Source of the DNA: Octopus sinensis
Taxonomy: Eukaryota
DNA length: 64,000 nucleotides
Assembly (NCBI RefSeq): GCF_006345805.1
Contig: NC_043008.1
Location: forward strand, 11,718,001-11,782,000
Direction of reading: 5' to 3'
The notes below the pieces were generated by a model. It was not told the origin of the DNA, ran no database searches, and saw only the letters and a program-made list of their open reading frames with translations. Numbering within the stretch: the first letter of the stretch is position 1; each line of letters starts with the position of its first letter. Shown here piece after piece: positions 14,175-27,765 of the stretch. A program made the position numbers and the translations under genes.

Positions 14175-14332
14175 ATACGACGGGATTCTCTCAGTTTCTG
14201 TCTGCCAAATTCACAAATTCACTCAGAGTGCTTTCTACATTAACAAACACTTACCAAGGGTGCCACGCAGTGGGACTGAATCCGGAAGCACGTGGTTGTG
14301 AAGCAAGCTTTTTACCACACAACCACGCGTAT
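14175..14332 (-). mobile_element. SINE A 5' half
   Basis: tacgacggg...gtgccacgcagtgggactgaatccgg...ttaccacacaacc. Confidence 0.85.
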
Positions 14333-14553
14333 AAACGCACAAAAATGATGAAAGTGCTAAGAATGTTATGTATGCACATATTTCTAAAAAAAAACTTCAT
14401 TTGGTTACTTTCTAATTCATAATCACTTGCATGTTTTCATGTATGAATATTTATTTAATAACTAGAAAAACTACACCAATGGTATTGAAAGCCGATATAC
14501 GCTTTAAAGTTATACACAGAACTTTACTTCAAGCAATGTCCATAAAATATATA

Positions 14554-14925
14554 TACTCTTTTACTCGTTTACTCTTTTACTTGTTTCAGTCACTTGACTG
14601 TGGCCATGCTGGAGCATCGCCTTTAGTCAAGCAAATCGATCCCAGGACTTATTCTTTATAAGCCTAATACTTATTCTATCGGTCTCTTTTGCCGAACCGT
14701 TAAGATACGGGGAATAAAACACCAGCATCGGTTTTCAAGCGATGTTGGGGATCAAACACAGACACACAAACGTATATACACACACACTTATATATATACA
14801 TATATACGACCGGCTTATTTCAATTTCTGTCTACCAAATCCACTCACAAGGCTGTGGTCGACCCGAGGCTATAGTAGAAGTCACTTGCCCAAAGCACCAC
14901 GCAGTAGGACTGAACCCGGAACCCT
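14554..14925 (-). mobile_element. SINE A
   Basis: (tactctt)n tail and both halves present. Confidence 0.92.
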
Positions 14926-15423
14926 GTTTGTTTTCTTTAAGAAAGAAGGCTGTTCTGTAGATGCTTTTGTATAAGATTGAACATTATATAACATTTTGCG
15001 ATGAATTCTATATATTTCCCAAGTGTGATATATAGAACTGGATTTATCCGCCTTTATTGTATATAACTCCCTTTTGGTGAAGCATAACCCCAGGAGGAAT
15101 AAGAGCAAAACAGGAAGGAAAGCGACAGAACAGATAACAAAGTCGACAAATGCAATGAAATTCGAATTTTTAGATAATATATGAATCTGAAACATTTTGC
15201 CGAGAGATATATTATAGTTGCATATATTTATATAAGGCGCCATCATGGTTGAAAATTATCTAAATTTGTCATAAATACTTAGCGAAATTTATGAAATATT
15301 CGAAGCACTCATGCAAATCAATCATATATCTCGAAGTATGGGGAAGCCCCCCCATCCGAACCAACGCACACAAGCACATTCACATGTATATAGGTATAAA
15401 TATAAATTCGTATAAATACTCAT

Positions 15424-15460
<37 letters not shown>

Positions 15461-16014
15461 TTGTGTGTGTGTGTGTGAGTGCGTTTACGTGTATGCCTCT
15501 ATGTGTCCACCGAACACACGAATTTATCATAGGCAAAGCAAATATTTCATACATACGTGTGTGTGTTTCCTAATTCATTGAAGCCACGCTTGTTACAAAC
15601 TCCATGACTAACAGAGCAGAAAATATTTAATAAGTCGCGAATTAAGTAAACAGATAGAGAATTCACTATTCGGTTGATATATTTGCATTCCGAAGAGCAG
15701 ACGTTATCTGACTTTATATTTCAACAATGTGCTGGAAGCAGCATTGATAAGCAATTAGCAATGGATACGAAATTAAACGTTCTCTTATTTCGTCGCATAT
15801 TCTTCCAATGGAACGAGAAATATTTTGGTTTCTGTGTTAACAATCAATTAAGATAAAACAACACGCGTATATGACTATTACACAGATATACGTTGGTGTT
15901 CATATGCAAATATTTTTATATATATAATCCTGCCAATATAAAGAAAAAATTATCTCCCTTGTATTGAAAGTCTGCTTATATAATCACGTTCGTGACAATG
16001 TATGTGTGTATGTA

Positions 16015-16099
<85 letters not shown>

Positions 16100-16337
16100 G
16101 TACATAAATAACAAAATAACATACACCTACACACACATACGCGCACACGCAGTCTTGCCCCAAGACCGTCTGCGTGCGGAATGCGTATGTGGGAGGCGCC
16201 AACAAGCGCACTCACGTACTGACAAACATAACCATTAAAAATTAACAAAAACATTAGCACCCTTCTTCTCACACTTCCTTCTATACGTATACCACATGGG
16301 TTTTATTTACATGAATTTTTATTTATATTTATACATA

Positions 16338-16736
16338 TACTCTTTTACTCTTTTACTTGATTCATGCTGGAGCACCGCGTTTAGTCGAGCAAATCGACCC
16401 CAGGACTTATTCTTTGTAAGCCGAGTACTTATTCTATCCGTCTCTTTTGCCGAACCGCTAAGTTACGGGGAAGTAAACACACCAGCATCGGTTGTCAAGC
16501 AATGCAAGAGGGACAAACACAGACACACAAACATATAAGCACACACATACATATATATATATATACATATATACGACGGGATTCTTTCAGTCTCCCTCTA
16601 CTAAATCCACTCAGAAGGCTTTGGTCGGCCCGAGGTAATAGTAGAAGACACTTGCCCAAGGTGCCACGCAGTGGGACTGAACCCAGAACCATGTGGTTGG
16701 TAAGCAAGTTACGTACAACACAGCCACTCCTACGCC
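16338..16736 (-). mobile_element. SINE A, near full length
   Basis: Matches family consensus; head ends acagccactcctacgcc. Confidence 0.93.
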
Positions 16737-16895
16737 TATATATTATAAATATTTTTTTAAATATTCATATGTAGCGATATGTATTAACATCTGTATACGT
16801 ATTCTAAATCGAATTTATTACTTTATGAGTATGATTCCCTAATTTGAGCTTATATCTTAACTATACACAGAACCACACACACACACACACACACA

Positions 16896-16949
<54 letters not shown>

Positions 16950-17972
16950 CATACATATATATATGTGTGTGTGTATGTGTGGTGTACAAAAGGGAATTTT
17001 GGGAATCAATCGAATCAGGAAATTAAATAGTAAAGCAACAATTTTGGATCGCTGATATCGTTAGCATGTGAAAACAATATTTGAAAACATTTACGTACTT
17101 ATAAAGTAAACTTGGATTTATTCTCCGGTTGTGTGTTCAATCACGAATGGTCGACTGCATCAAATCGCACATCAGCGCAAAAATTCTCGGTCGAGTCAAA
17201 ATAGAAATGTTTAATACTGACGTGAGTTAATCTAATGAAAACGCTTCATTTTTCATGATATAATACTTCTAATGAACAAAAAAAAAAACACGTCTGAAAC
17301 GGCTGTAGTGAACCACAATCCAACTGTTGTTATTTGTATATGTGTGTGTCTCTGCGTGAGTATGGATGCGTGTGTGTAAGTATGTATGTGTATATATTTA
17401 CATATCTATACATACGCACACATATTAAACAGGAAGGAACGGAGGAAATGCATATATGCATTGCTAGTGCATCAGCTTTTCAGATCAGCGTGACGTTAAG
17501 GCAGTGCACCGTCCACAGTTCTCATGTACAGTTTATCCTAAAGGATTTTGAAAGGTTCCGTCTATTCACATTCATTCACAATAATTGAGTGGACGACGTG
17601 GAGCCACTCGCTCATAAAGGCACTCACAAACACACACTCACATACGCACACACACATAACGCACAGACTTGCACGGATACACACATACATACCAGAAGAC
17701 ACAGAGAAACACACAGACACACACATACGTACGCAGATGCAAGGAGAAACACGCAACGATACATATTACGGGGTACTACACTTAGCATCGTGATCTTTAC
17801 AGGATTTCAGACTGTATGAAGCGAAACAACTTGGTGCAGTGCGTTGGGTGCTGAAAATTTGGTGCTGTTGCCAGATACGGCACAAGAGACAAACACAAAC
17901 ATGCACATACCCGCAGCACATACGCGCTCAAATGCATACGCGCACGAAGAAACATATTGACTAAGACGAAAA

Positions 17973-18023
<51 letters not shown>

Positions 18024-18481
18024 TGAGAGCGTGGCATTATATTTTATTAAGTGAACACAACTGCCATGAACAATTTTTCCCATTTTCATACACACAAATG
18101 AATATGGGAATTTGTCCAAACAGAAAAAAAAGCGGAAGGAAAAGAGGGAGAGGAGGAGGAGGAGAGAAAGCTACAAGAGAAATATTTATAACGAGACAAA
18201 CGTTAAAACTTTTGATGTTGAAGAAGTCATCGTCGGAACAGTGACGCCAAATCGTGTCAGGCCAGTAAGGCAGCGCCACAGCGTATCATTGACAGTATAT
18301 GTATTTTAGTAGAAGCTAAAAATTCACGGATTGCACACTCAACGTACGACGTTTCCAATTGCTGATTAACTTGAACAATATAACCTTGGAATTCGGAAAT
18401 ATTGAAGAATGTATGCTCGAATGGGTGTGTGTTGTGTGAATGTTGTGTGTGTGTGTTGTGGGTGTATTTGTGTTTATATTC

Positions 18482-18553
<72 letters not shown>

Positions 18554-20100
18554 GTGTGTGGTGTATGTAACTTGCATAATTATGTATCCTGTATGCACAC
18601 TGAATCTGAATATGGAATTTGCGATCACATGTTTGCCATAAAACGCAATGTGGAATCCTTCCTTAATTTTTAGTTTTTGTTTTGTAGTAGACAAAAATAG
18701 CAGCTCCGACCCCACCATCACGCTACGTAGTTCATTCATAAAAGAAATAAATAGACACATCTGCATAATATAAAAACCCAGATAGTGCTATCTTTGAAAT
18801 TGGTGACTGCTGGTGTGTGTTCTTGATCAGAGATATAGTCTGTTAGTAATGCACATATGCTAAGCAACAACACCAACATCTGCCATGATGTACGTGATAG
18901 GTACTAGATATCTTGTCCGTTTGTAACCTACAGGCTTTCCATTTAGGAACCATGCATTGGAGAATGATTCACTCAAACATCTTTTCCATTCAAAGTCTTA
19001 TTGATTTTCTTCGAAATACAACCGAGAACAGTAAAAACATCAAAATGCCCAAACAACAGTATCAGTAAACACAACACAAATATGCATGTGTATGTGTTTG
19101 GGTGAATGTGTACGAACATGTGTGTATGGGTATAAAGATATATATATATATGTATATGTATGGATATAAAGATATAAAGTTTGGAAAGGAAAGAAATATT
19201 ATACTGTGTTGAAAAAGTTGAAAGCTATATAAAATAATAAATGTGAGACTTATACTAACGTTGTAATGAGATTTATCATAATATAAACTACCGTAAATCA
19301 AAGAAAATCTGGCATTTTGCAAGTGAAACAGATGATGTATACTTCTGTAATAAATGCTAAATCACGATGAGACATGGGGGGAACAAGCCAGCAGCTATCA
19401 AGGTCAAAAAAGTAATACGTATATTGTTACAGACGCATACGGATGCTTCTAGAAAGTGGGAAAGTGATAGTGAAAGTATGGAAGCAAGATTTACGGGATG
19501 TAAAGGAAAAAAACAAACACGAAACAATATGAAAGTGACAAATGAGAGAAATAAGAGAGAGAGAGAGAGAGAAACTAGAATTACAGGGAGACAGAGGGAG
19601 AGAGAGGCAGAGATAGAGAGAGGAGAACAGCGAGTTAAGAAGATGAAAGTACTGAGCTTGATTATGTGACTGTCGGTATGTATGTGCGCATGCGTAAACA
19701 TGCAGAACATACACGTACACATGATCTTCATACACAGACGTACACAGACGTGCTCACATATGTACATTTGCCAGATTCACAAGTGCCTCTTTTGCATCTA
19801 CACCTCCCGGCTCCACCCTTTGTCACACACGCTCTAGTGACCTCTTACTACTTCCAGTCATTTCATTATACGGAGACCGTTTAACTAACACACATCTCTT
19901 AATATCTTGCTTCACTTTTATCTTTTGCCTATTTTTTATGCAGGACAGCGTATACTCGAAATGTATAAGAGTTCTCCTTCTGGCTTTCATTTGCGTAAAA
20001 CTAGTACACTTCGTTGCTTCTTAAGTCTCATACGCTACATTTAAATTTTGCACAATATCTGTGTGTGCCTGTATGTATAACTATATATATGAATATATAT

Positions 20101-20173
<73 letters not shown>

Positions 20174-20232
20174 ATATATATATATGTGTATATATATATA
20201 TATAAATATATATACACATGTGTGTATATATA

Positions 20233-20263
<31 letters not shown>

Positions 20264-20767
20264 GAGATAATGGTGTTATTGAGACCCAAAGTTGTCAGGT
20301 AGTGCTGAATAAGTGCTATAGACAAACCATAGTTAAGTCTAGCTATTAATAGTCTAATATCTACACAGCCTTGGTTTTTTTATATTATTAAGCAAAAAAT
20401 TTATATATATATATATAATAACAATTTAATAAATAAAACACCTGCATACATACATACATATAAGTACATACCTACATCTATATGTATATATACATGCATA
20501 TGTATATATACATGCATATATGGGTACAGGACACCGCAAAAAACGTAGAACACAACGAGAAACGAAAGCATAAAAGCAAAACCATGGAAACGTACTTTTT
20601 TAACAACGAAAAAACAGAGTACAAGACATACAACACAAGGAACATTCCCCTTCTTCAGCTGCCCCTGTTTCGACTTATTGCGTGTTTCACATAACTACAT
20701 ATATTTACACGCTCATACATAATAAATACATGAAATATCTGTAAAGAGATCGCATGCAAACAATATA

Positions 20768-21450
20768 AATATATATAAAACTCAACTTGTGTGTCTGTGT
20801 GTTTAACTTCCCGGCACATCTCCTCCTAGCCAACAAATCGTAGAACCACCAAAAATGGGTCACTTAAAGTTTAGGCGAATGAAAATTGAACTGCGCTATT
20901 TCTGTTCCAAAATTCATCTCGCAAGTGCAAAAATCGATAATGTGTTTGTTTAGGCCTTATCTCATGCATTGAATAGTGAACTTTACTCAGTCAGCTGTTT
21001 GACGTGAACTGTGTTCACCACGCGTGCAAGCATGCGTAAATTGCATGAAAAATAAAAAATCGAATCGCCGTAAACATTGTAGAAATTCGGCAAAGAAATG
21101 AATTTTCAGGATGTTGCCTGGAGCGTTTTTTCGTATTAATCGTTTGGACTTTGTGAACACATATCAATCGTTTTCATAACATTTTAACGCTTTGAATTAA
21201 ATGTGACCATTTTGCGTTTGAATCACTTTAACCAAATCTTAGAAGGCCGGATTTTTGATCATTACGATACATCACCAGCAACTCCCTGAAACTCTTCCCT
21301 GAAATCCCCGTTGAGAAATATATATATATGAAAATCAACTTGTGTGTCTGTGTGTGTATTTGTGTGTGTGTCTGTGTGTGTATCTGTGTGTGTGTCTGTG
21401 TGTGTATCTGTGTGTGTGTCTGTGTGCTTAACTTTTGGATCTACCAAGTT
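20768..21450 (+). mobile_element. Possible Helitron-like 5' ends or fragments (two copies of tatatataaaa.tcaacttgtgtgtctgtgtg)
   Basis: Shared 5' motif at ~20768 and ~21322 resembles the TC-TATATATAAA start of the neighbouring Helitrons; no CTAG end found. Confidence 0.3.
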
Positions 21451-21484
21451 TCATTATTAAGGATGGAAAGTAGTGTGTAGCAAA

Positions 21485-21875
21485 TCTGTATATATATAAA
21501 GCTGCATTTGTCTGTGTGTGGCAGGTTTTTAGCCTTCAACTAACATTATCTCCTTCGAGACCCTGCAGCGCAAGTTGACCAAAATTCAGACTATGATAGA
21601 AGAGGGCTTGCTCTTCATTCTGTAGAAGATAAAATCCAAATCGGACCATGTTAACACCAAAAATTATTTACATCAAAAAGGTGCTTTTTTTTCTATGAAA
21701 ATCCCTATTCTTTACGATTTTTGACTGCTGTGTCACCATTTCTCGATGTATTTCAACTGGAAAAATGTTCATTTGAAGAGAATAACAAGTTGCATAATGT
21801 AAAATTTTTACTTTTCAAAAATTTCAATTCTACAGGGTCGAAACAAACACAAGCAACACCGGGTGATACTGCTAG
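21485..21875 (+). mobile_element. Non-autonomous Helitron (related subfamily)
   Basis: A|TCTGTATATATATAAAG start; 3' end caagcaacaccgggtgatactgCTAG|T, which is homologous to the hairpin end of the other Helitron copies. Confidence 0.8.
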
Positions 21876-21876
21876 T

Positions 21877-21923
<47 letters not shown>

Positions 21924-21970
21924 GGCTAATATTCTGGGGATTTTGCGGGACCAATATAAGCCCATAGAAA

Positions 21971-22158
21971 GGTGGAGAGCTGGCAAAATCGTTAGCACGC
22001 CAGGCAAAGTGCTCTGCGACCTTTCAAATTCCGCCAAGGCTGATTTTTCCTTTCATCTAATCATAGTCGATAAAATAAGCACCAGTTGAGTCCTGGGAGG
22101 GATGTAACCTACTTACACCCTCAGCTGAACTTCCTGGCCTTGTGCAAAAATTTGTAAG
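21971..22158 (+). mobile_element. SINE B, tail variant 2 (cctggccttgtgcaaaaatttg), degenerate
   Basis: gagctggcaaaatcgttagcacg head and gtcgataaaataagcaccag core. Confidence 0.8.
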
Positions 22159-23076
22159 CTATATAAGTCCATAAACATATAAAAAGCAATCACCCGATAT
22201 TTTGGAGCGTCTAGAATCCAGTCATTATTATATTGTTTGTTACAATCGAATACAAAACATAATCTTGTTAAGAGAAACGAACTTGACATAAACAGAATAT
22301 TGAAAAACTTCGTAATTCGTCTTTTTTTTTTTGTATATTCTTATACAACTCTAACGGTTTTCAAAATACATCTTACTCGAATACTTGTAAAACACTGCTC
22401 TTATATACTATTCACAATGGAACGTTCCAGATCAATAAAAATATAACATTATCAAACATCTTATAATAGGTAAACATATTTTTCTGGGCTCGCTCGAACA
22501 GTCTTTTGTGTAGAATTCTATTAATAGTAACTCATTATTATTTATCCCATTGTCTGTATGAATATTTCAATTAATTATCCCAAGTAAAGTCTACATTTTT
22601 TTTTGTTTATTAGAAAACTTTCTGCATAGAAGCAAAAGTCTGTTACAAGTTTTAATTTCAACGCAGACAGTTTCACACATGACAAAATATAATTCTTGAT
22701 AGAGCTGAGAAATTATTGATGTTATTTTGAAAAGAAGTTAACCGTGGTTTTCAAATGGAAATATAAAAGAAACGTAAATAAAATTATGTGAAACAATTTC
22801 CTGTTGAGTCATGTTATTACCGCAATGCAATACATGTCTTAAGTTGAAATTTCCTAACTTTCTATGATGTGAGGAACTTTTCAGGCAATTGTTATTGAAA
22901 ATTATAATTCTTCAATTTCAAGAAATTCCATCAACATGTTTTACGTTATATATTTTTGGAGTAATTGTAAATATGGAAATACGACACATGGAAAAAGAGT
23001 CGTAATGGTAATGTATTTTATTGAGTAAAAGCTAGCGACTGATCAAAATTTGTTGATCTGTTTATCTTCATTTTAC

Positions 23077-23428
23077 TAGTCGAATCAAATCGACCCCAGG
23101 ACTTATTCTTTGTAAGCCTAGAACATATTCTATTAGTCTCTTTTGCTGAAACGTTAAGTTACGGGAACGTAAACACACCGGCATCGGTGGTGAAGTGATG
23201 TTGGGGAGAGAAACACAGACACACGAACACAAACAAACACACACACACAAACACACACAAACACACACAAACACACATACATATATACGACTGGCTTCTT
23301 TCAGTTTCTGTCTACCAAATCCATTCACAAGGCTTTGGTCAGCCCTAGGCTATAGTGGAAGACACTTGCCTATGGTACCACGCAGTGGGACTGAACCCGG
23401 AACTGTGTGGTTCGTAAGGAAGCTACTT
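23077..23428 (-). mobile_element. SINE A
   Basis: Family consensus match. Confidence 0.9.
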
Positions 23429-23533
23429 GATTAGGATATAACTTAGGTTTACTTCTGTTCTATTTTCACCTACATCTTTCATATATAAAAATTTGGTTTG
23501 TATAGATCTCTGATCCTTTCTCAACTATATCTG

Positions 23534-23594
<61 letters not shown>

Positions 23595-24218
23595 TTATTT
23601 ATGTCACTTTCTATATATATATATGGTGTGTTTGTATGCATGCAAATATACATACACAGACATATATATATATATATATATATATATCTATATATATATA
23701 TATATATATATATGCATATATATGTTTGTGTGTGTGTATATACATATATATGTGTATATGTATGTATGTACACATACTATTATGCGTCAGTTTAATTTTT
23801 ACATTCATTGAATCCTCTGTTAACAGTTCTGTACACTACAATTACGTTTATTATAATTTCTATGAATTTATTCCTGTAATAATCATTACCATAACAGTTC
23901 ATTTATATAATTTATCTCATATCCTCCTATTAATCTTAATTTTGTCGATATGTGTAATCACATAATGACTTCTGTGTTTGGCGTTTTATGATGATTTTAC
24001 TTTGATCAAATATATTAGAATAATAAAATGAAAATGAACGCCTTTATACAGGCAGATGAAGCCATAAAGTGCCATATATTTGTCCGTTCGTCCTACCGCT
24101 TGGAACACGAATGCGACCGTGTATTTTAATTCTTACAGATTCTCCGGCAATGAAACAAATTATTCAAATGATTGGTCATATATATATATATATACATACA
24201 TATATATATATATATATA

Positions 24219-24636
24219 GGCGTAGGAGTGGCTGTGTAGTAAGTAGCTTGCTTACCAACCACATGGTTCAGGGTTCAGTCCCACTACGTGGCAGCTTGGG
24301 CAAGTGCCTTCTACTATAGCCTCGGGCCGACCGAAGCCTTGTGAGTGGATTTGGTAGATGGAAACTGAAAGAAACCCGTCGTATATATGTATATATATAT
24401 GCATATGTGTGTGTATCTTTGTGTGTCTGTATTTGTTCTGTCAACATCTCTTGACAACCGATGCTGGTGTGTTTGCGTCCCCGTAACCTAGCGGTTCGGC
24501 AAAAGAGACCGATAGAATAAGTACTAAGCTTACAAAGAATAAGTCCTGGGGTCGATTTGCTCGACTAAAAGGCGGTGCTCCAGCATAGTCACAGTCAAAT
24601 GACTGAAAAGAATAAAAGAGTAAAGAGTAGAGAGTA
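24219..24636 (+). mobile_element. SINE A, full length
   Basis: ggcgtaggagtggctgtgtagtaag (A-box-like), gggttcagtccc (B-box-like), internal microsatellite, agagta-repeat tail. Confidence 0.95.
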
Positions 24637-24911
24637 TATATATATATGCTTGTGTGTGTGTTTGTGTAATATAAACTGTAGAATATGAAAGTTAATGAAA
24701 AAAGATTGATGACTTTTGTTTCATGCGATTCATCAAACTATTTCCACTGGAATTTCTCATTTAGCTGAAGGAAAATATTACGATTTCGGTGCTGGAAAGT
24801 TGCTCAAATGGTTTAGCAAAAGACTTAGTTGGGGGCCAAACCATTGGAGTTCAGTTCAGGGCTTAAAAAACTGAAGAATCGCTGCAATAATTATATGAAT
24901 CTGATATTCAC

Positions 24912-25837
24912 ACGCCGCCACGCAGTGGGGATGAACCAGGAACCATGTGGATGGGAAGCTAGCTTCTTACTACACAGCGACGCCTGTGCCTATATGTGTC
25001 TGGCACGCTCAACCTGTCACGCAGTGAGGGTGAACCAGAAACTAAGGGGGTGGGAAGATAGCTTCTTCTTTTTTTTCTTGCCTAGAAGGGGCTAAACACA
25101 GAGGGGACAAACAAGGACAGACAAACGGATTAAGTCGATTATATCGACCCCAGTGCGTAACTGGTACTTAAATTATCGAACCCGAAAGGATGAAAGGCAA
25201 AGTCGACCTCGGCCGAATTTGAACTCAGAACGTAGCGGCAGACAAAATACCTATTTCTTTAATAACCACAAGGGGCTAAACACAGAGAGGACAAACAAGG
25301 ACAGATAAACGGATGAAGTCGATTATACCGTCCCCAGGGCGTAACTGGTACTTATTTAATCGACCCCGAAAGGACAAAAGGCAAAGTCGACCTCGGCGGA
25401 ATTTGAACTCAGAACGTAACGGCGGACGAAATACCTATTTCTTTACTAACCACAAGGGGCTAAACACAGAGAGGACAAACAAGGACAGACAAACGGATTA
25501 AGTCGATTATATCGACCCCAGTGCGTAACTGGTACTTATTTAATCGACCCCGAAAGGATGAAAGGCAAAGTCGACCTCGGCGGAATTTGAACTCAGAACG
25601 CAACAGTAGACGAAATACCGCTTAGCATTTCGCCCGGCGTGCTAACGTTTCTGCCAGCTCGCCGTGCTAACGCTTCTGCTAGCTTCTTACATCACAGCCA
25701 GGCCTATGCCTATATGTATCATGAGCTGCAATAACTGTGTGAATCTGACATGCTCAACGTGTCACGCAGTGAGGGTGAACCAGAAACTTCGTAGGTGGAA
25801 AGCTAGCTTCTTACCACAGAGCTACGCCTGTGCCTAT
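24912..25837 (-). mobile_element. Array of three SINE A head fragments, interrupted by a SINE B trimer
   Basis: cacgcagtg...gaacc...gctagcttctta...cctgtgcctata units at ~24918, ~25019 (continued at ~25680) and ~25763. Confidence 0.75.
25072..25663 (-). mobile_element. SINE B trimer (one head plus three 184-bp body/tail units)
   Basis: Junctions aatacc|tatttc at 25251/25252 and 25435/25436; flanked by tagcttctt (probable TSD). Confidence 0.9.
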
Positions 25838-25884
25838 ATTTATCATGAATCATATGCAATTACACATACAAAACGTGTGTGTAT

Positions 25885-26235
25885 GTGTGGATGATGGTGT
25901 CAGTGCTAGTGTGTGCGGGGTGGTGTGATGTGGTGTGGTGGGGTGGTGTGGCACGACGTGGTGTGTTGAACTTTGGTGTGGTGTGGCACGACGTGGTGTG
26001 TTGAACTTTGGTGTGGTGTGGCGATGTTGGGATGCGAGGACGGGGTGTGGAGCTGTGAAGGTGGTGTGTGTGGATGTGTGGGTTTGGGGGGTGAGGATCT
26101 GCGGGTAGAGATGGGGTATATGGGAGTGAGATGTGTGGTGGTGGGATGGGTGTGGGTGGTGTGGCGTGGTGGTATTGGAAGTCGTTGGGATGGAGGTGGT
26201 TAAGATATGTCGGGGTGGAGTGTAGTTGGAGGAGG
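25885..26235. repeat. (GGTGT/TG)-rich low-complexity tract with a short internal duplication
   Basis: gtgtggcacgacgtggtgtgttgaactttggtgtg occurs twice. Confidence 0.85.
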
Positions 26236-26591
26236 TAAGTCAAATTGAGGACGTAATGTCCTCTTTACGGATTATAAAATCCAGCGATCCACAGTTATCG
26301 ATGATCTATTGGGAGAATTTTCGCAGTATGTACGGATAAACTGTCGCATTTACATTTTATATTAATATAAGGAAACGAAGAGTTAATGATGGAAACTTAT
26401 TTTATTCGTATCATGTTAATCACAATAAAATATAACGAATAAATGAATATAGATAAACTTTAAAGGAACATAAGCATATAAAAATTATTTGCTATATTTT
26501 ATTGTGATGAACATGATAGAACTAAAATAAGTATTCAGAATTAACTCTCCGTTTTCTCATATCAATATATATATACACTCACATATATATA

Positions 26592-26770
26592 CACACTCAT
26601 ATATATATATAGATATATGCGGAGTTTACGAAAAAAAGAAAAGACGAAGACAGTAGGTGTACCAAAAAAACCCAGATGTATTAGTATAACGCTCAGGAAT
26701 AGAAAAAGTCCTTTACGTTTCGAAACTACGCTCTTCTACAGAAAGGGATACAGAAATAACAAGGAGAGAA
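26592..26770 (-). mobile_element. Penelope-type non-autonomous remnant with a degenerate minimal hammerhead; related fragment at 35222-35292
   Basis: aaaagacgaag.cag...gg.g.a.aaa.aaac shared with 35245-35285; CUGUAGA...GAAACGUA on the minus strand. Confidence 0.5.
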
Positions 26771-26819
<49 letters not shown>

Positions 26820-26900
26820 TACATATACATATATATATATATATATAATATATATATATATATAATATATATATACACATACATATACATATATACATAT

Positions 26901-27333
26901 GGCCTCAGGCATGGCTGTTTTATAAGAAGCTTGCATTCCAACCGCATGGTTCCGTGTTCAGTCCAACGACGGGCTACTTTGGGCAAGCGTCTTCTACTAC
27001 AGTCTCGTGCCTACCAAAGCCTTGGAAGAAGATTTGGTAGATGGGAACTGAAAGAAACCCCTTGTGCATATATTTATGTGTGCGTGTGTGTATATGTGTG
27101 TGTGTGTGTGTGTATATGTGTGTTTTTGCGTCTGTGTTTGTGCTCCTCCTACTATTTGAGAACTGGTGTTCGTATGTTTACTTCCTCATAACTTCGCGGC
27201 TTCTGCAAAGGAGACCGTTAGCATAAGTACTAGGTTTAAAAGAAAACAAGTCCCAGGTCGGTTTGTTAGACGAAAACCATTCAAGGCGGTACTCTAGCGT
27301 GGCCGCAGTCAACTAACTGGAACAAGAAAAAGT
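26901..27333 (+). mobile_element. SINE A, older copy
   Basis: Degenerate consensus match. Confidence 0.85.
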
Positions 27334-27353
27334 ATATAAAATACGTATATATA

Positions 27354-27765
27354 GGCGTAGGAGTGGCTGTGTGGCAAGTGGCTTGCTTATCAACCATACG
27401 GTTCCGGGTTCAGTCCCACTGCGTGGCATCTTGAGCAAGTGTATTCTACTATAACCTCGGGCAAACCAAAGCCTTGTGAGTGGATTTGGTAGACGGAAAC
27501 GGAAAGAAACCCGTCGTATATATGTTTATGTATATGTGTGTGTGCGTGTTTGTGTGTGTATGTTTATGTGTCTGTGTTTGTCCCCCAGCATCGCTTGACA
27601 ACCGGTGCTGGTGTGTTTACGTCCCCGTAACTTAGCGGTTCGGCAAAAGAAAACCGATAGAATAAGTACTAAGCTTACAAAGAATAAGTCCTGGGGTCGA
27701 TTTGCTCGACTAAATGCGGTGATCTTGCCTTTTACTTGTTTCAAATGACTGAAACAAGTAAAACA
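27354..27765 (+). mobile_element. SINE A with a fold-back rearranged 3' end
   Basis: Consensus match up to gcggtg, then the hairpin ttttacttgtttca-aatgac-tgaaacaagtaaaa. Confidence 0.9.

Noticed and set aside
14881-15246. 121-aa minus-strand ORF with a hydrophobic, GPCR-TM2-like stretch
   Set aside because: Only one weak helix-like match, the end runs into a SINE, and there are no supporting exons
20520-20690. Repeat-like segment with GAAAC and CUGAAGA on the minus strand
   Set aside because: Motifs are in the wrong order and spacing for any hammerhead topology
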